Assembly (NCBI GenBank): GCA_965218425.1
Contig: OZ244621.1
Coordinates: 2,976,001 to 3,040,000 of the forward strand
Length of the DNA: 64,000 bases
From: an uncultured Candidatus Binatia bacterium
GTDB lineage: Bacteria; Desulfobacterota; Binatia; UBA9968; CAXXLF01
Direction of reading: 5' to 3'
Shown here: one piece after another, positions 10,809-21,644 of the stretch
Layout: each line of letters starts with the position of its first letter
How positions within the stretch are numbered: position 1 is the first letter of the stretch
Program-made: the position numbers and the translations under genes
The notes under the pieces: model-generated
The model's database searches: none
Told to the model about the DNA's origin: nothing
What the model saw: only the letters and a program-made list of their open reading frames with translations

Positions 10809-11875
10809 TGAGTGTTACCTACGCGGTGGTGTCGGCCATAATCGCGCTAGGGATATTGATTGTATTCCACGAATTGGGTCACTTCCTTGTGGCAAAAAAG
10901 AGCGGGGTTGGGGTGTTGACCTTCTCCATCGGGTTCGGTCCTAAAATATTTGGAAGAAAAGTGGGGGAAACCGAATACGCGGTCAGTGCCTTCCCCTTGG
11001 GCGGGTATGTCAAAATGGTTGGAGAAGACCCCGATCAAGAGGTTCAGGCGGTCGACCACGAACGATCGTTTTCTAATCAAAGCTTGGCCAAGCGCTCAAC
11101 CATAGTCGCAGCTGGGCCGGTTTTTAATTTTATTCTTTCGATTTTAGTTTTTACCAGTATTTTCGTGTTCTTTGGGATGCCCGTCCTCACGACGCAAATT
11201 GGTGGTGTGGAGCCAAATTCTCCGGCGGATCGGGCCGGCCTGCAGAAAGGGGATCGTATCCTGTCCATCGGTACCCAGGCGGTAGAAAAGTGGGAAGACC
11301 TTTCCATGCAAATCAAGGAGAGTAACGGGAAACCCATGGTGCTTCGTGTGGAACGAGATGGCAGGCAGATGGATATTTCGGTTCAGCCCACAGAGAGGGT
11401 GGGGAAAACGGTTTTTGGCGAAGATACCACCTATTGGGTGGTTGGAATTGCCAGCGCTGTGGCCATCCAGAAGAGCAATCCCTGGATGGGGTTGTGGCAG
11501 GGATTTTATAAAACGGGTGAGTATTCCGTTCTGACGCTCGTGGCCCTCTTTAAAATGGTGACCGGAGATATCTCGCCCAAAAATCTGGGAGGACCTCTAC
11601 TCATCGCTCAACTTGCAGGTGAGCAGGCCCGTCAGGGTGTGTGGAACTTCCTATTTTTCGTTGCCATTTTGAGTGTAAATCTGGGTGTGTTGAATCTATT
11701 GCCAATTCCTATCCTTGACGGGGGGCATCTCTTCTTCTTCCTTCTGGAAGGGATGCGAGGCCGGCCGGTGGAACTCAGGCACCGTGAGAAAGCGCAACAG
11801 GTTGGGGTCTTTTTGTTGATCCTGATCATGATCTACGCTTTCTATAACGACATTGCGAGATTCTTTGAAGGTTAG
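10805..11875 (+). CDS. rseP: RIP metalloprotease RseP
   Basis: HELGH, single PDZ domain, NLLPIPILDGG. Confidence 0.95.
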   Translation: MMSVTYAVVSAIIALGILIVFHELGHFLVAKKSGVGVLTFSIGFGPKIFGRKVGETEYAVSAFPLGGYVKMVGEDPDQEVQAVDHERSFSNQSLAKRSTIVAAGPVFNFILSILVFTSIFVFFGMPVLTTQIGGVEPNSPADRAGLQKGDRILSIGTQAVEKWEDLSMQIKESNGKPMVLRVERDGRQMDISVQPTERVGKTVFGEDTTYWVVGIASAVAIQKSNPWMGLWQGFYKTGEYSVLTLVALFKMVTGDISPKNLGGPLLIAQLAGEQARQGVWNFLFFVAILSVNLGVLNLLPIPILDGGHLFFFLLEGMRGRPVELRHREKAQQVGVFLLILIMIYAFYNDIARFFEG

Positions 11876-12134
11876 TCCTGGCTCGAAATCAATCAGGCGG
11901 AGAAAACAATTCTGACGAGCCCGGGACCTGAACGAAAAGCCCCGGGTAACTTAGATGAGGAATTCACCTCAAATTTATTGACCGAAATGTAATCGATATG
12001 TCGGCAACCCGCGCGCCGTTGGTCAAAGAATGTATCCGGATTGATTCTTTCTGTTGGATCGGGGTTAGCCGTCGGTTCTTGGTCCTCATTGTTCAGTTCG
12101 ATCGTTCTTTCAGCCTTACGCTGCTTGTGCTTTT

Positions 12135-12878
12135 ATGATTATTCTCGGGCTAGACACTTCCACAAGCGCGGCAAGCGTGGCCCTCATAGAAGATGGGAAA
12201 CTCATACTGGAAGATGTTCGTAGGGGGAACGCCAAGGGGCAAAAACCCACGGCTTTGATTCCCAGGGCCAACCACGCTGAAACCCTTCTTCCATCAGTGG
12301 AAGAACTTTTGAAAAACTCTGATCGTTCCTGGGAGCAGATCTCCGCTCTTGCTGTGGCCATCGGACCAGGTTCATTCACCGGTCTCAGGATAGGCCTTAG
12401 TACCGTGAAAGGTCTAGCCTATGGTTGGGATGTTCCCGTAATAGGGGTTCCCACGCTCCTGGCCGTGGCGGCACGTGTGACCGGTTGGACTGGATTGATT
12501 TGTCCACTTCTAGATGCGCGAAAGAAGGAAGTTTATACCGCTTTGTTCCGCACAAAGGAAGGCAGTGGGCCAGAACGCCTCACAGAGGACCTGGTTTGCT
12601 CGCCTGACCACATTTTTCAACATATGCAATCTCTTGGCGGAGAGGCGTACCTTATGATTGGGGATGGGACTGAAGTCTATGAAGGTTTGATTAAAGAGTA
12701 TTTTGGAGAAACGGTACTGGTTACCCAAGGAGACTCTTATCCCTCCATTGCCTATTCAGTGGCATCCATCGCAGAGCAGAGGTTGAGGAGGGGGGAATTG
12801 GATTCGCCGGACTCGCTAGTCCCCCTCTATTTAAGACCCTCCGAGGCGGAGCTCAAGTTGGTGTCCCGTAAAGGTTAA
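12135..12878 (+). CDS. tsaB: tRNA threonylcarbamoyladenosine biosynthesis protein TsaB
   Basis: ILGLDTS, GPGSFTGLRIG, DARKKEVY, PLYLR. Confidence 0.95.
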   Translation: MIILGLDTSTSAASVALIEDGKLILEDVRRGNAKGQKPTALIPRANHAETLLPSVEELLKNSDRSWEQISALAVAIGPGSFTGLRIGLSTVKGLAYGWDVPVIGVPTLLAVAARVTGWTGLICPLLDARKKEVYTALFRTKEGSGPERLTEDLVCSPDHIFQHMQSLGGEAYLMIGDGTEVYEGLIKEYFGETVLVTQGDSYPSIAYSVASIAEQRLRRGELDSPDSLVPLYLRPSEAELKLVSRKG

Positions 12879-12940
12879 ATCCAGCAAATACGGCTTGGAA
12901 AGAGCCGTAATGGCTAGGATTTCAACCCTACGCAGCGTCG

Positions 12941-12969
12941 TTGACAAAATAGCTGGCGTGGGATAAATT
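12941..12969 (+). promoter_or_regulatory. Sigma70-type promoter for DUF465-ilvB
   Basis: TTGACA-17 nt-TAAATT, upstream of an AAGGAGG RBS. Confidence 0.55.
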
Positions 12970-13005
12970 CTCAGCTTCTGAGTCTGCATGTTAAGGAGGC
13001 CCTTC

Positions 13006-13248
13006 ATGGATCAGACTGAAGAAAGGCTTATCATTCCATTATTGGATAAGGACCCGGAGTTAAGAAGGTATTACGAAGAGCACCAGGACCTGGAAAACAA
13101 GCTCATGGCGTTTCAAAACCGGTCGTATCTATCGCCGGATGAGGAGATAGAGAAAAAGAAACTTCAGAAACTCAAGCTTGTGGGCAAAGACAAGATGATG
13201 GAGATAGTGAGTAAGTACCGTCAGACGGAGGCCCGGAAAGAGACTTAA
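13006..13248 (+). CDS. DUF465/YdcH-family small coiled-coil protein
   Basis: EEHQDLE...LSPDEEIEKKKLQKLKLVGKDKM pattern; AAGGAGG RBS before ATG 13006; stop overlaps the ilvB start. Confidence 0.75.
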   Translation: MDQTEERLIIPLLDKDPELRRYYEEHQDLENKLMAFQNRSYLSPDEEIEKKKLQKLKLVGKDKMMEIVSKYRQTEARKET

Positions 13249-15041
13249 TGAAAAAAAATGGGTCCGAAATATTCGTAGAGATGCTCAAGCGCGAAGGGGT
13301 CAACGTTGTCTTTGGTATCCCTGGCGGTGTCGTGCTTAAAATCTTTGACGTCCTTCATCAGCAGAAAGACGTTGAAGTCATACTCACACGCCATGAGCAA
13401 GGGGCTGCCCACATGGCTGAAGGATACGCCAAGGCGACCGGTAAACCGGGGGTGGCATTGGTGACCTCGGGTCCAGGCATGACTAACATTGTCACTGGAT
13501 TGGCGGACGCATTTATGGATTCCGTCCCCCTGGTGGCCTTTACGGGTCAGGTTTCCACCCATCTAATCGGCAACGATGCTTTCCAAGAGGCGGACAACGT
13601 AGGCATTAGCAGACCATGCACCAAGCACAACGTCCTGGTCAAGGATGTAGGGGATCTCGCTGCAAACATTAAAGATGCCTTTCACATAGCCACCACTGGT
13701 CGACCGGGCCCCGTACTGGTGGACATTCCCAAGGATGTCAGTACCGATAGGACCGAGTTCAAATACCCGGAAAAGGTAAACCTACCAGGATATAACCCTA
13801 CCCTTGAAGGGAATAAGCATCAGATCAAGCAGGCCGCTGATGAGATCCTTAAGGCAAAGCGGCCGGTTCTCTACGTGGGGGGCGGGGCAATTTTTTCCGA
13901 TGCGGCCCCTGAGCTTTTAGAGCTGGCTGAGCTGACTCAGATCCCGGTCAATATGACCCTCATGGGTTTGGGATCGTTCCCTGGCACCCATCCGCTTTCA
14001 ATGGGGATGCTGGGGATGCACGGAGGTTATTGGGCAAACAAAGCGATGCACGAGGCGGACCTGCTCATTGCGGTGGGCGCGCGCTTTGATGATCGTGTCA
14101 CTGGAAACGTTGCCGGCTTTTCGCCCGGGGCCCGAGTCATTCATATCGATATCGATCCGACTTCCATCAAGAAGACAGTGAATGCCCATATCCCCATCGT
14201 CGGCGATGTGAAGGCCGTGTTGCGGCAGCTCAATGTCATGCTGCGTTCCCTGGACGGCGACCAGAAGGCTGTAAAGCAGCGGACGGAGGGATGGCTAAAA
14301 CAAATCCAGGGATGGAGACAATCTTTTCCCTTGAAGTATTCCCAAGACGCGAAGATTACCAAACCGCAGTACGTCATCGAAAAGCTCTATGAGCAAACCA
14401 AGAATCAGGCCATCGTGGTTACGGATGTGGGCCAACATCAGATGTGGGCCGCCCAGTATTTCAAAGGGGCGAGTTCAAGGACCTTTCTCACGTCGGGCGG
14501 GCTGGGAACCATGGGATTCGGTTTCCCGGCAGCCCTGGGTGCACAAAAGGCTTTCCCTGAAAAGACCGTGCTCTGTGTGACCAGCGAGGGGAGCTTCCAG
14601 ATGAACCTGCAGGAGCTGGCAGTGGCTCAGATCTATAAATTGCCGGTAAAAATCGCTCTGCTCAACAACCAGTGCCACGGTATGGTGAGGCAATGGCAGG
14701 ATCTGTTCTATGAAGGGCGGTACGCCTCGAGTCAGCTCGGGAACGTGCCCGACTTTGCAAAGCTGGCCGAGGCCTATGGGATCCTGGGACTGCGGGCTTC
14801 CAAGCCTTCGGAAGTGCAACCGCTGATCCGCGAAGGTTTGAAGCACAAGGGGCCGGTCCTGATGGACTTTCAAGTGGATCCCTTTGAGAGTTGTTATCCC
14901 ATGATCCCCGCTGGTGCGGCGCACAATGAAATGTACTTGGAAGACCCGCCTGAAATGAGAAGGGCCCAAAAAGGTGCACCAGCCAAGAAGAAGACCGAGG
15001 AGGAGGAGGAAGAAGAAGGGGAAGGGATTCTTCCCGCCTAA
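13248..15041 (+). CDS. ilvB: Acetolactate synthase large subunit
   Basis: RHEQGAAHMAEGYA, DAFQEAD, MLGMHG, DVGQHQMWAAQ, GMVRQWQ. Confidence 0.97.
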   Translation: MKKNGSEIFVEMLKREGVNVVFGIPGGVVLKIFDVLHQQKDVEVILTRHEQGAAHMAEGYAKATGKPGVALVTSGPGMTNIVTGLADAFMDSVPLVAFTGQVSTHLIGNDAFQEADNVGISRPCTKHNVLVKDVGDLAANIKDAFHIATTGRPGPVLVDIPKDVSTDRTEFKYPEKVNLPGYNPTLEGNKHQIKQAADEILKAKRPVLYVGGGAIFSDAAPELLELAELTQIPVNMTLMGLGSFPGTHPLSMGMLGMHGGYWANKAMHEADLLIAVGARFDDRVTGNVAGFSPGARVIHIDIDPTSIKKTVNAHIPIVGDVKAVLRQLNVMLRSLDGDQKAVKQRTEGWLKQIQGWRQSFPLKYSQDAKITKPQYVIEKLYEQTKNQAIVVTDVGQHQMWAAQYFKGASSRTFLTSGGLGTMGFGFPAALGAQKAFPEKTVLCVTSEGSFQMNLQELAVAQIYKLPVKIALLNNQCHGMVRQWQDLFYEGRYASSQLGNVPDFAKLAEAYGILGLRASKPSEVQPLIREGLKHKGPVLMDFQVDPFESCYPMIPAGAAHNEMYLEDPPEMRRAQKGAPAKKKTEEEEEEEGEGILPA

Positions 15042-15053
15042 TCTCCGCCTGGC

Positions 15054-15572
15054 ATGGAACATATCATTTCAACTCTGGTAGAAAACAAGTTCGGTGTCTT
15101 GGCGCGCGTTGCGGGTCTGTTTAGTGCGCGGGGCTACAACATTGAAGCCCTTTCCGTTGCGCCCACCATGGAACCGTCCACTTCTATGATCACCATCGTC
15201 ACCGAGGGGGACGACCGCATCATCGAGCAGATCATCAAGCAGTTGAATAAGGTCATCGAGGTTCTCAAGGTAGTGGACCTGACCGAGGCGGATTTTGTGG
15301 AGAGAGAAACGGCGTTGATCAAAATCAATGCGAAGCCTGAACATCGCGACGAAGCCATTCGGATCTGTGAGATATTTAGGGCCAAGATCGTAGATTCCAC
15401 ACCCCAAACCTATACCATTGAGATTACTGGAGATCAGGACAAGATCCGAGCCATCATTAATCTGCTCCGCCCCCTGGGCATCAAGGAACTTGTGCGGACC
15501 GGCCGAGTGGCCATTGCCCGCGAAGCCGCCAGGGTGGCTCCCCGACACGAGCTCCAAGGCGCCAAGGCCTGA
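15054..15572 (+). CDS. ilvN: Acetolactate synthase small subunit
   Basis: ACT domain VENKFGVLARVAGLFSARGYNI; ELVRTG. Confidence 0.96.
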   Translation: MEHIISTLVENKFGVLARVAGLFSARGYNIEALSVAPTMEPSTSMITIVTEGDDRIIEQIIKQLNKVIEVLKVVDLTEADFVERETALIKINAKPEHRDEAIRICEIFRAKIVDSTPQTYTIEITGDQDKIRAIINLLRPLGIKELVRTGRVAIAREAARVAPRHELQGAKA

Positions 15573-15584
15573 GTCTTCGGAATA

Positions 15585-16135
15585 GGTGTTAAGTGTAAAG
15601 TGTTAAGTTCGCAGGTCAGGGAAGAAATTCCAAGCCGAAAACCTGATGGTCGTTGACACTCAATTCTTTTCTTAACGCTAAAGACTCAACTCTCAACGCT
15701 TTCTTCGCTGCTTTTTGCGTTTTCTTTGCGCCTTAGTCCTGCCGAAGGATAGAGCTTACTTGTTCTTACGGGAGTTGCCGTCCCCTCGCTCCGGTGGCTC
15801 CTCAGCGGGAAGCCTTAGCTGCTCGTTGAGGGCAGCGCCGAAACTCGCTTCGCTCAAACAGTTGACCCTTCTTTTCCTCAGCTTCGCAGAGGCGTCCGGC
15901 GCCTCAGAGCCAACCCCCGCTCAGGCACGCCCGCTCCCTTTGCATCGGTGGTGGGCTGAGGAGGGCTTGCTGAGCGGAACCTGGACGGAGCAGCGGGCAA
16001 CCCAGGGAGGTCGGCGTCGCATGAGCGCCGGAGTCGGCTCAAGGGGAATCTGAGATCGAGAGGGTTCGTGCGGGCGCTGGCTCGGTGGGCCGTTGCGGGA
16101 GGTCCGTGGAGGGAAGGAAGCCCCCGAAGCCCAGA
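15585..16135. repeat. Composite intergenic repeat region between ilvN and ilvC
   Basis: Heptad-periodic inverted repeat at 15585-15700; AAACTCGCTTCGCTCAAACA unit at about 15841; 16080-16135 resembles 34955-35010. Confidence 0.55.
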
Positions 16136-16289
16136 GTGATAGGAATGGAGAATGTGCAAGCGTCATCTCCTCCAATCGGACCTGGTCAAAGATACAACTT
16201 GCGCCGCACTTTTTGGTACGCGCCTCACCGCAGGTTGACAGGGTGGGCATGGGGCAGATATCCTTAAAGCAATCATTAGAGGAGGATAA

Positions 16290-17309
<1,020 letters not shown>

Positions 17310-17387
17310 ACAAACCCTCAGGGTCAAGTGGTGGGCAATCGGTATGAATTGAAAGTCTATGGACGGTTGCCTGGAAACTAGCAGCCG

Positions 17388-18041
17388 GTGGTAAATGGTT
17401 TAAGGATTAAATTGAGAATCGCGAGAGAAGGTTATCCATGGATACTTGCCGCGGGCATTCTTGCCCTGGTTGCGCTTTTGATCGGCTGGAATGGGATGGG
17501 CGGAATTCTTATTTTGTTCGCCTTGAGTTTCGCCGGTTTTTTTCGGGATCCGGAAAGAACCCCTCCGGCCGGCGATGGTCTTGTCCTGGCTCCCGCTGAT
17601 GGTAAGGTTGTAGCCGTTGTAAAGGAGCCGGAGGAAGGAAAAGAAGGGGAAGGAGCAACCACGAGGGTCAGCATATTTCTGTCCCTGTTTGATGTTCATG
17701 TGAATCGTGCTCCTATCAAAGGAGCGGTAGAAAAGGTACAATATCAACCCGGAAAGTTTCACGCCGCCTATCGGGACGATGCATCCCAGGCCAACGAGCA
17801 GAATGCCGTTCGGCTGGTTGACTCCATGGGTAAGAGTTTGAATGTTGTGCAGATCGCGGGCCTAGTGGCTAGACGCATCATCTGTTACGTGAAAGAGGGG
17901 GAGACATTGGAAAGGGGCCAGCGATTCGGTTTGATCATGTTTGGGTCGCGGGTGGATCTGTTTATGCCTCCAGCTTCCAGGGTGGAGATTGCCGAGGGGC
18001 AAAGGGTGAAGGCTGGAGAGACCATTATAGGAAGGCTTTGA
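17388..18041 (+). CDS. psd: Phosphatidylserine decarboxylase proenzyme
   Basis: FFRDPER, APADG, HVNRAP, self-cleavage motif FGSRVD. Confidence 0.93.
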   Translation: MVNGLRIKLRIAREGYPWILAAGILALVALLIGWNGMGGILILFALSFAGFFRDPERTPPAGDGLVLAPADGKVVAVVKEPEEGKEGEGATTRVSIFLSLFDVHVNRAPIKGAVEKVQYQPGKFHAAYRDDASQANEQNAVRLVDSMGKSLNVVQIAGLVARRIICYVKEGETLERGQRFGLIMFGSRVDLFMPPASRVEIAEGQRVKAGETIIGRL

Positions 18042-18892
18042 TGAATCGGAATAGCGAGCTCGAAGAAGAAAAACTATCCCTGCGCGGAGTCCGACTTCTA
18101 CCCCGCAAGGGATTGGGACGCGGAGCCTTTAAACGGAAGGTGCCCTCGGCTCAGTTGAAGAAAGGCATTTTTCTGATTCCAAGTCTATTTACCACTGGAA
18201 ACCTCTTTTGCGGCTTCTTCTCCATGATCGCAGCCATAGAAGGTCAGTTCCTACAGGCCGCCGTTCTCATCGTTCTGGCTCACCTGCTGGACGGTCTCGA
18301 CGGAGCGATTGCGCGTGTTACCAAGACTACAAGCCAGTTTGGCGTGGAATTCGATTCGTTGGCGGATCTGATCTCCTTCGGTGTCGCACCCGCGATGCTG
18401 GCGTATTTTTGGGCGCTTTCCCCCTTGGGGATCTGGGGGTGGTTGGCTGCGAGCCTTTACGTGATTTGCGGTGCTCTCAGGCTTGCCCGCTTTAACGTTC
18501 AGGCCGGTACCGTGGAAAAGACCCATTTTATTGGGCTGCCTATTCCGGCGGCGGCGGAAATGGTTGTGGCTACGTCCCTCATGTACCAGTTTCTTGGCGG
18601 GGCCGCGGCCTTCCATAAACCGATTATCTTGCTCCTGGTGATCTATGGGCTTGCCGGGTTGATGGTGAGCAATTTCCGGTATATGAGTTTGAGGCAATTG
18701 GACCTGAAAAGGAGGCATCCCTTCTGGTTGTTGCTTTCTGCCATCTTACTCATTAAATTGAGTATTGCGGAGCCGCAGATCATGTTGTTTAGTGTATTTC
18801 TTTTATATACCCTATCGGGACCGCTCTTGGGGCTCTTCTCGATATTCAATCGGGGGAGGGAGAAGAGAGGGGAACACGCAGAGTCACTATAA
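18038..18892 (+). CDS. pssA: CDP-diacylglycerol--serine O-phosphatidyltransferase
   Basis: IPSLFTTGNL, DGLDGAIAR...FGVEFDSLADLISFG, LRLARFN; next to psd. Confidence 0.93.
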   Translation: MMNRNSELEEEKLSLRGVRLLPRKGLGRGAFKRKVPSAQLKKGIFLIPSLFTTGNLFCGFFSMIAAIEGQFLQAAVLIVLAHLLDGLDGAIARVTKTTSQFGVEFDSLADLISFGVAPAMLAYFWALSPLGIWGWLAASLYVICGALRLARFNVQAGTVEKTHFIGLPIPAAAEMVVATSLMYQFLGGAAAFHKPIILLLVIYGLAGLMVSNFRYMSLRQLDLKRRHPFWLLLSAILLIKLSIAEPQIMLFSVFLLYTLSGPLLGLFSIFNRGREKRGEHAESL

Positions 18893-18919
18893 CTCCCTTT
18901 CCATGTTCGAATTTTGATG

Positions 18920-18953
18920 ACTCCCGTTGGCCCCGCCGCGGGAGTTTTTGTTT
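18920..18953 (+). terminator. Intrinsic terminator-like hairpin between pssA and leuA
   Basis: ACTCCCG/CGGGAGT stem followed by TTTTGTTT. Confidence 0.65.
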
Positions 18954-18967
18954 ACGGAGGCCTGTAG

Positions 18968-20536
18968 ATGTCAGAAAAAGATGTGAACGATTCGAGTGTA
19001 AGGATCTTCGATACAACGCTGAGGGATGGAGAGCAATCTCCCGGCGCCAGCATGAACGTGGATGAAAAAGTCCTTCTTGCACGCCAGCTCGACAAGCTTG
19101 GAGTGGACGTCATTGAGGCGGGATTTGCCGCATCGTCAGAGGGGGATTTTGATTCCGTGGAACGGGTCGCCAAAGAGGTCAAAAGGCCCATTGTGCTCAG
19201 TCTAGCACGGGCGCAGGAAGGGGATATCAAAAAGGCCATCAAGGCGGTAGACAAAGCCGAGCAGCCTGGAATTCATATTTTTATTGCCACTTCGGACATC
19301 CATTTGAAGCACAAGCTTCGGATGTCCCGCAGTGAAGTTTTGGATGCCGCGTCCTATGCCATCAGCTACGCCAAGAAACATATTGATTATATTGAGTTTT
19401 CCGCTGAAGATGCCTCCCGGAGCGAACCCGATTTTCTAGTTCAGGTTTTTGCCGAGGCTATTCGAGCGGGGGCGAAAACCCTCAATGTGCCCGACACCAC
19501 AGGATACGCAATTCCTTCAGAGTTTGGCTCGCTGATGCGTCACCTCATAGACCGTACGGGGGGCTCGAATCAGGTCACCTGGAGTGCCCATTGTCATAAC
19601 GATCTGGGATTGGCCGTGGCCAACTCCTTGGCTGCCGTGGCCAATGGGGCCAGGCAAGTGGAGTGCACAATCAACGGTATTGGAGAACGTGCGGGAAATA
19701 CCTCTCTGGAAGAGGTGGTGATGGCCCTCAAGACGAGGAAGAGTCTGTTCGGCGTGGATACCCGTGTGATCACCGAGCAGATCTATCCCACCTCCCGCCT
19801 GTTGTCACAGGTTACGGGGATTCCCATCCCCATCAATAAACCCATCGTGGGCGACAATGCCTTTGCCCATGAGGCGGGCATCCATCAGGATGGAATCCTT
19901 AAAGAAAAGATCACCTATGAAATCATGATGCCGGAGACCATTGGCATTAGCGGGAACCGCCTGGTCATGGGAAAACATTCAGGACGGCATGCCTTCGACG
20001 ATCGGCTTAAGGAAATGGGTTTTAATCTCGATAAAGAGGATCTGAACAGGGCATTTCTCCGATTTAAGGAGCTGGCTGATAAAAAGAAGGAAGTCTACGA
20101 TGAGGATATCGAAGCCATCGTGGCGGAGGAGGTGCTCAGGCTCCCGGGACGTCCTGACCGATATGAACTCCTGTACCTCAATGTGAACTCAAGCTCCAAT
20201 GGGATTCCTTCAGCCTCCGTGAAGATGCGGGTGGACGGTCAAGAAGCCACGGATCACGGAACGGGAGATGGGGTTGTGGATGCCTGCTACAAGAGTATTT
20301 CCAAGATCACAGGCTCGCGTGCTAGCCTCGTGCGTTATTCGGTCAAAGCCATTACCGGAGGGACCGACGCCCAAGGTGAAGTCTCCTGTCTAATCGAGGA
20401 CGGTTTTGTGCGGGTCACGGGAAAGGGATCGCATACCGATATTATCATGGCCAGCGCCCTGGCTTATATCAATGCGTTGAATAGGCTTGAGTATCGAAAT
20501 CACTACCGGCAGTTGGTGGAAAGGCAAGGACCATGA
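18968..20536 (+). CDS. leuA: 2-isopropylmalate synthase
   Basis: FDTTLRDGEQSPG, HCHNDLG, GERAGN, HEAGIHQDG, C-terminal regulatory domain. Confidence 0.97.
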   Translation: MSEKDVNDSSVRIFDTTLRDGEQSPGASMNVDEKVLLARQLDKLGVDVIEAGFAASSEGDFDSVERVAKEVKRPIVLSLARAQEGDIKKAIKAVDKAEQPGIHIFIATSDIHLKHKLRMSRSEVLDAASYAISYAKKHIDYIEFSAEDASRSEPDFLVQVFAEAIRAGAKTLNVPDTTGYAIPSEFGSLMRHLIDRTGGSNQVTWSAHCHNDLGLAVANSLAAVANGARQVECTINGIGERAGNTSLEEVVMALKTRKSLFGVDTRVITEQIYPTSRLLSQVTGIPIPINKPIVGDNAFAHEAGIHQDGILKEKITYEIMMPETIGISGNRLVMGKHSGRHAFDDRLKEMGFNLDKEDLNRAFLRFKELADKKKEVYDEDIEAIVAEEVLRLPGRPDRYELLYLNVNSSSNGIPSASVKMRVDGQEATDHGTGDGVVDACYKSISKITGSRASLVRYSVKAITGGTDAQGEVSCLIEDGFVRVTGKGSHTDIIMASALAYINALNRLEYRNHYRQLVERQGP

Positions 20537-21621
20537 GTTACCGGATTACGGTTCTTGCGGGGGATGGCATTGGACCAGAGGTGGTTAGGGAAGGGAGCGA
20601 AGTCCTTAGCCAAGCGGCTTCCATCTATGGATTCCAGGTCGAGTACCAGGAAGGATTGGTCGGGGGGGCCTCCATTGATGCCACGGGTCAACCTTTGACG
20701 GGTCCGGTCCTGAATATGGCAAAGGAAAGCCATGGGGTTCTCTTGGGGGCAATGGGAGGACCCAGATGGGACGGGTTGGATTACTCGGTTCGACCGGAGC
20801 GCGCATTGCTAGCGTTACGCCGCGAATTGGGTCTGTTTGCCAATCTACGACCGGTGAAACTCTTTTCGGCTTTGGCCTCAGCTTCAACGCTTAAGAAAGA
20901 AGTGGTTGAGGGTACAGATCTGTTGGTGGTACGGGAATTAACCGGTGGAATTTATTTCGGCGAACCCAAAGGAGTGACCAGGCTCCCCGAGGGGACCGAG
21001 CGCGGCGTGAACACGTTGATCTACACCTCCCCCGAGATCGAACGCATCAGCCGGGTGGCCTTTGAAGCCGCGCGACGCCGAAGGAAACAGGTTCTCTCGG
21101 TGGATAAGGCCAATGTCCTTGAGGTTACTGAGTTGTGGCGCAGGGTCGTCACTAGGGTGCACAAGGAGGGGGGCTTTGAGGACATCCAGCTTGAACATAT
21201 GCTCGTGGATAACTGTGCCATGCAACTCATCAGAAATCCCAAACAGTTTGATGTGATCGTTACGACCAATATGTTTGGCGATATTTTGAGTGACGAAGCC
21301 GCCATGCTGACGGGTTCCATTGGAATGCTGCCGTCTGCCAGCATAGGAGGAAAAGTGGGGATGTATGAACCCGTCCACGGAAGCGCTCCTGACATCGCCG
21401 GGAAAGATATGGCGAATCCCCTAGCCACTATTTTGACCGTCGCTCTCATGCTGCGTCATTCCCTGGATCAGGGAGACGCCGCCGAGCGTATTGAGAAGGC
21501 GGTGGGGGACGTTCTCAACGAGGGGTACCGGACGGCGGATATCCAAGAACAGGGTTGTCGCTTGATCGGGTGCAAAGAGATGGGAAGGCTGGTCAGGGAA
21601 AGAATTCAAAGAGCAGGATAA
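20533..21621 (+). CDS. leuB: 3-isopropylmalate dehydrogenase
   Basis: GDGIGPEV, VRELTGGIYFG, NMFGDILSDEA, EPVHGSAPDIAG. Confidence 0.97.
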   Translation: MSYRITVLAGDGIGPEVVREGSEVLSQAASIYGFQVEYQEGLVGGASIDATGQPLTGPVLNMAKESHGVLLGAMGGPRWDGLDYSVRPERALLALRRELGLFANLRPVKLFSALASASTLKKEVVEGTDLLVVRELTGGIYFGEPKGVTRLPEGTERGVNTLIYTSPEIERISRVAFEAARRRRKQVLSVDKANVLEVTELWRRVVTRVHKEGGFEDIQLEHMLVDNCAMQLIRNPKQFDVIVTTNMFGDILSDEAAMLTGSIGMLPSASIGGKVGMYEPVHGSAPDIAGKDMANPLATILTVALMLRHSLDQGDAAERIEKAVGDVLNEGYRTADIQEQGCRLIGCKEMGRLVRERIQRAG

Positions 21622-21644
21622 ATGATTCAGCGGGGTTTTGTGCA

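Noticed and set aside
14985..15025. Poly-Glu tail of IlvB (GAG/GAA run)
   Set aside because: In-frame low-complexity C-terminal tail with mixed codons; no evidence for phase variation.
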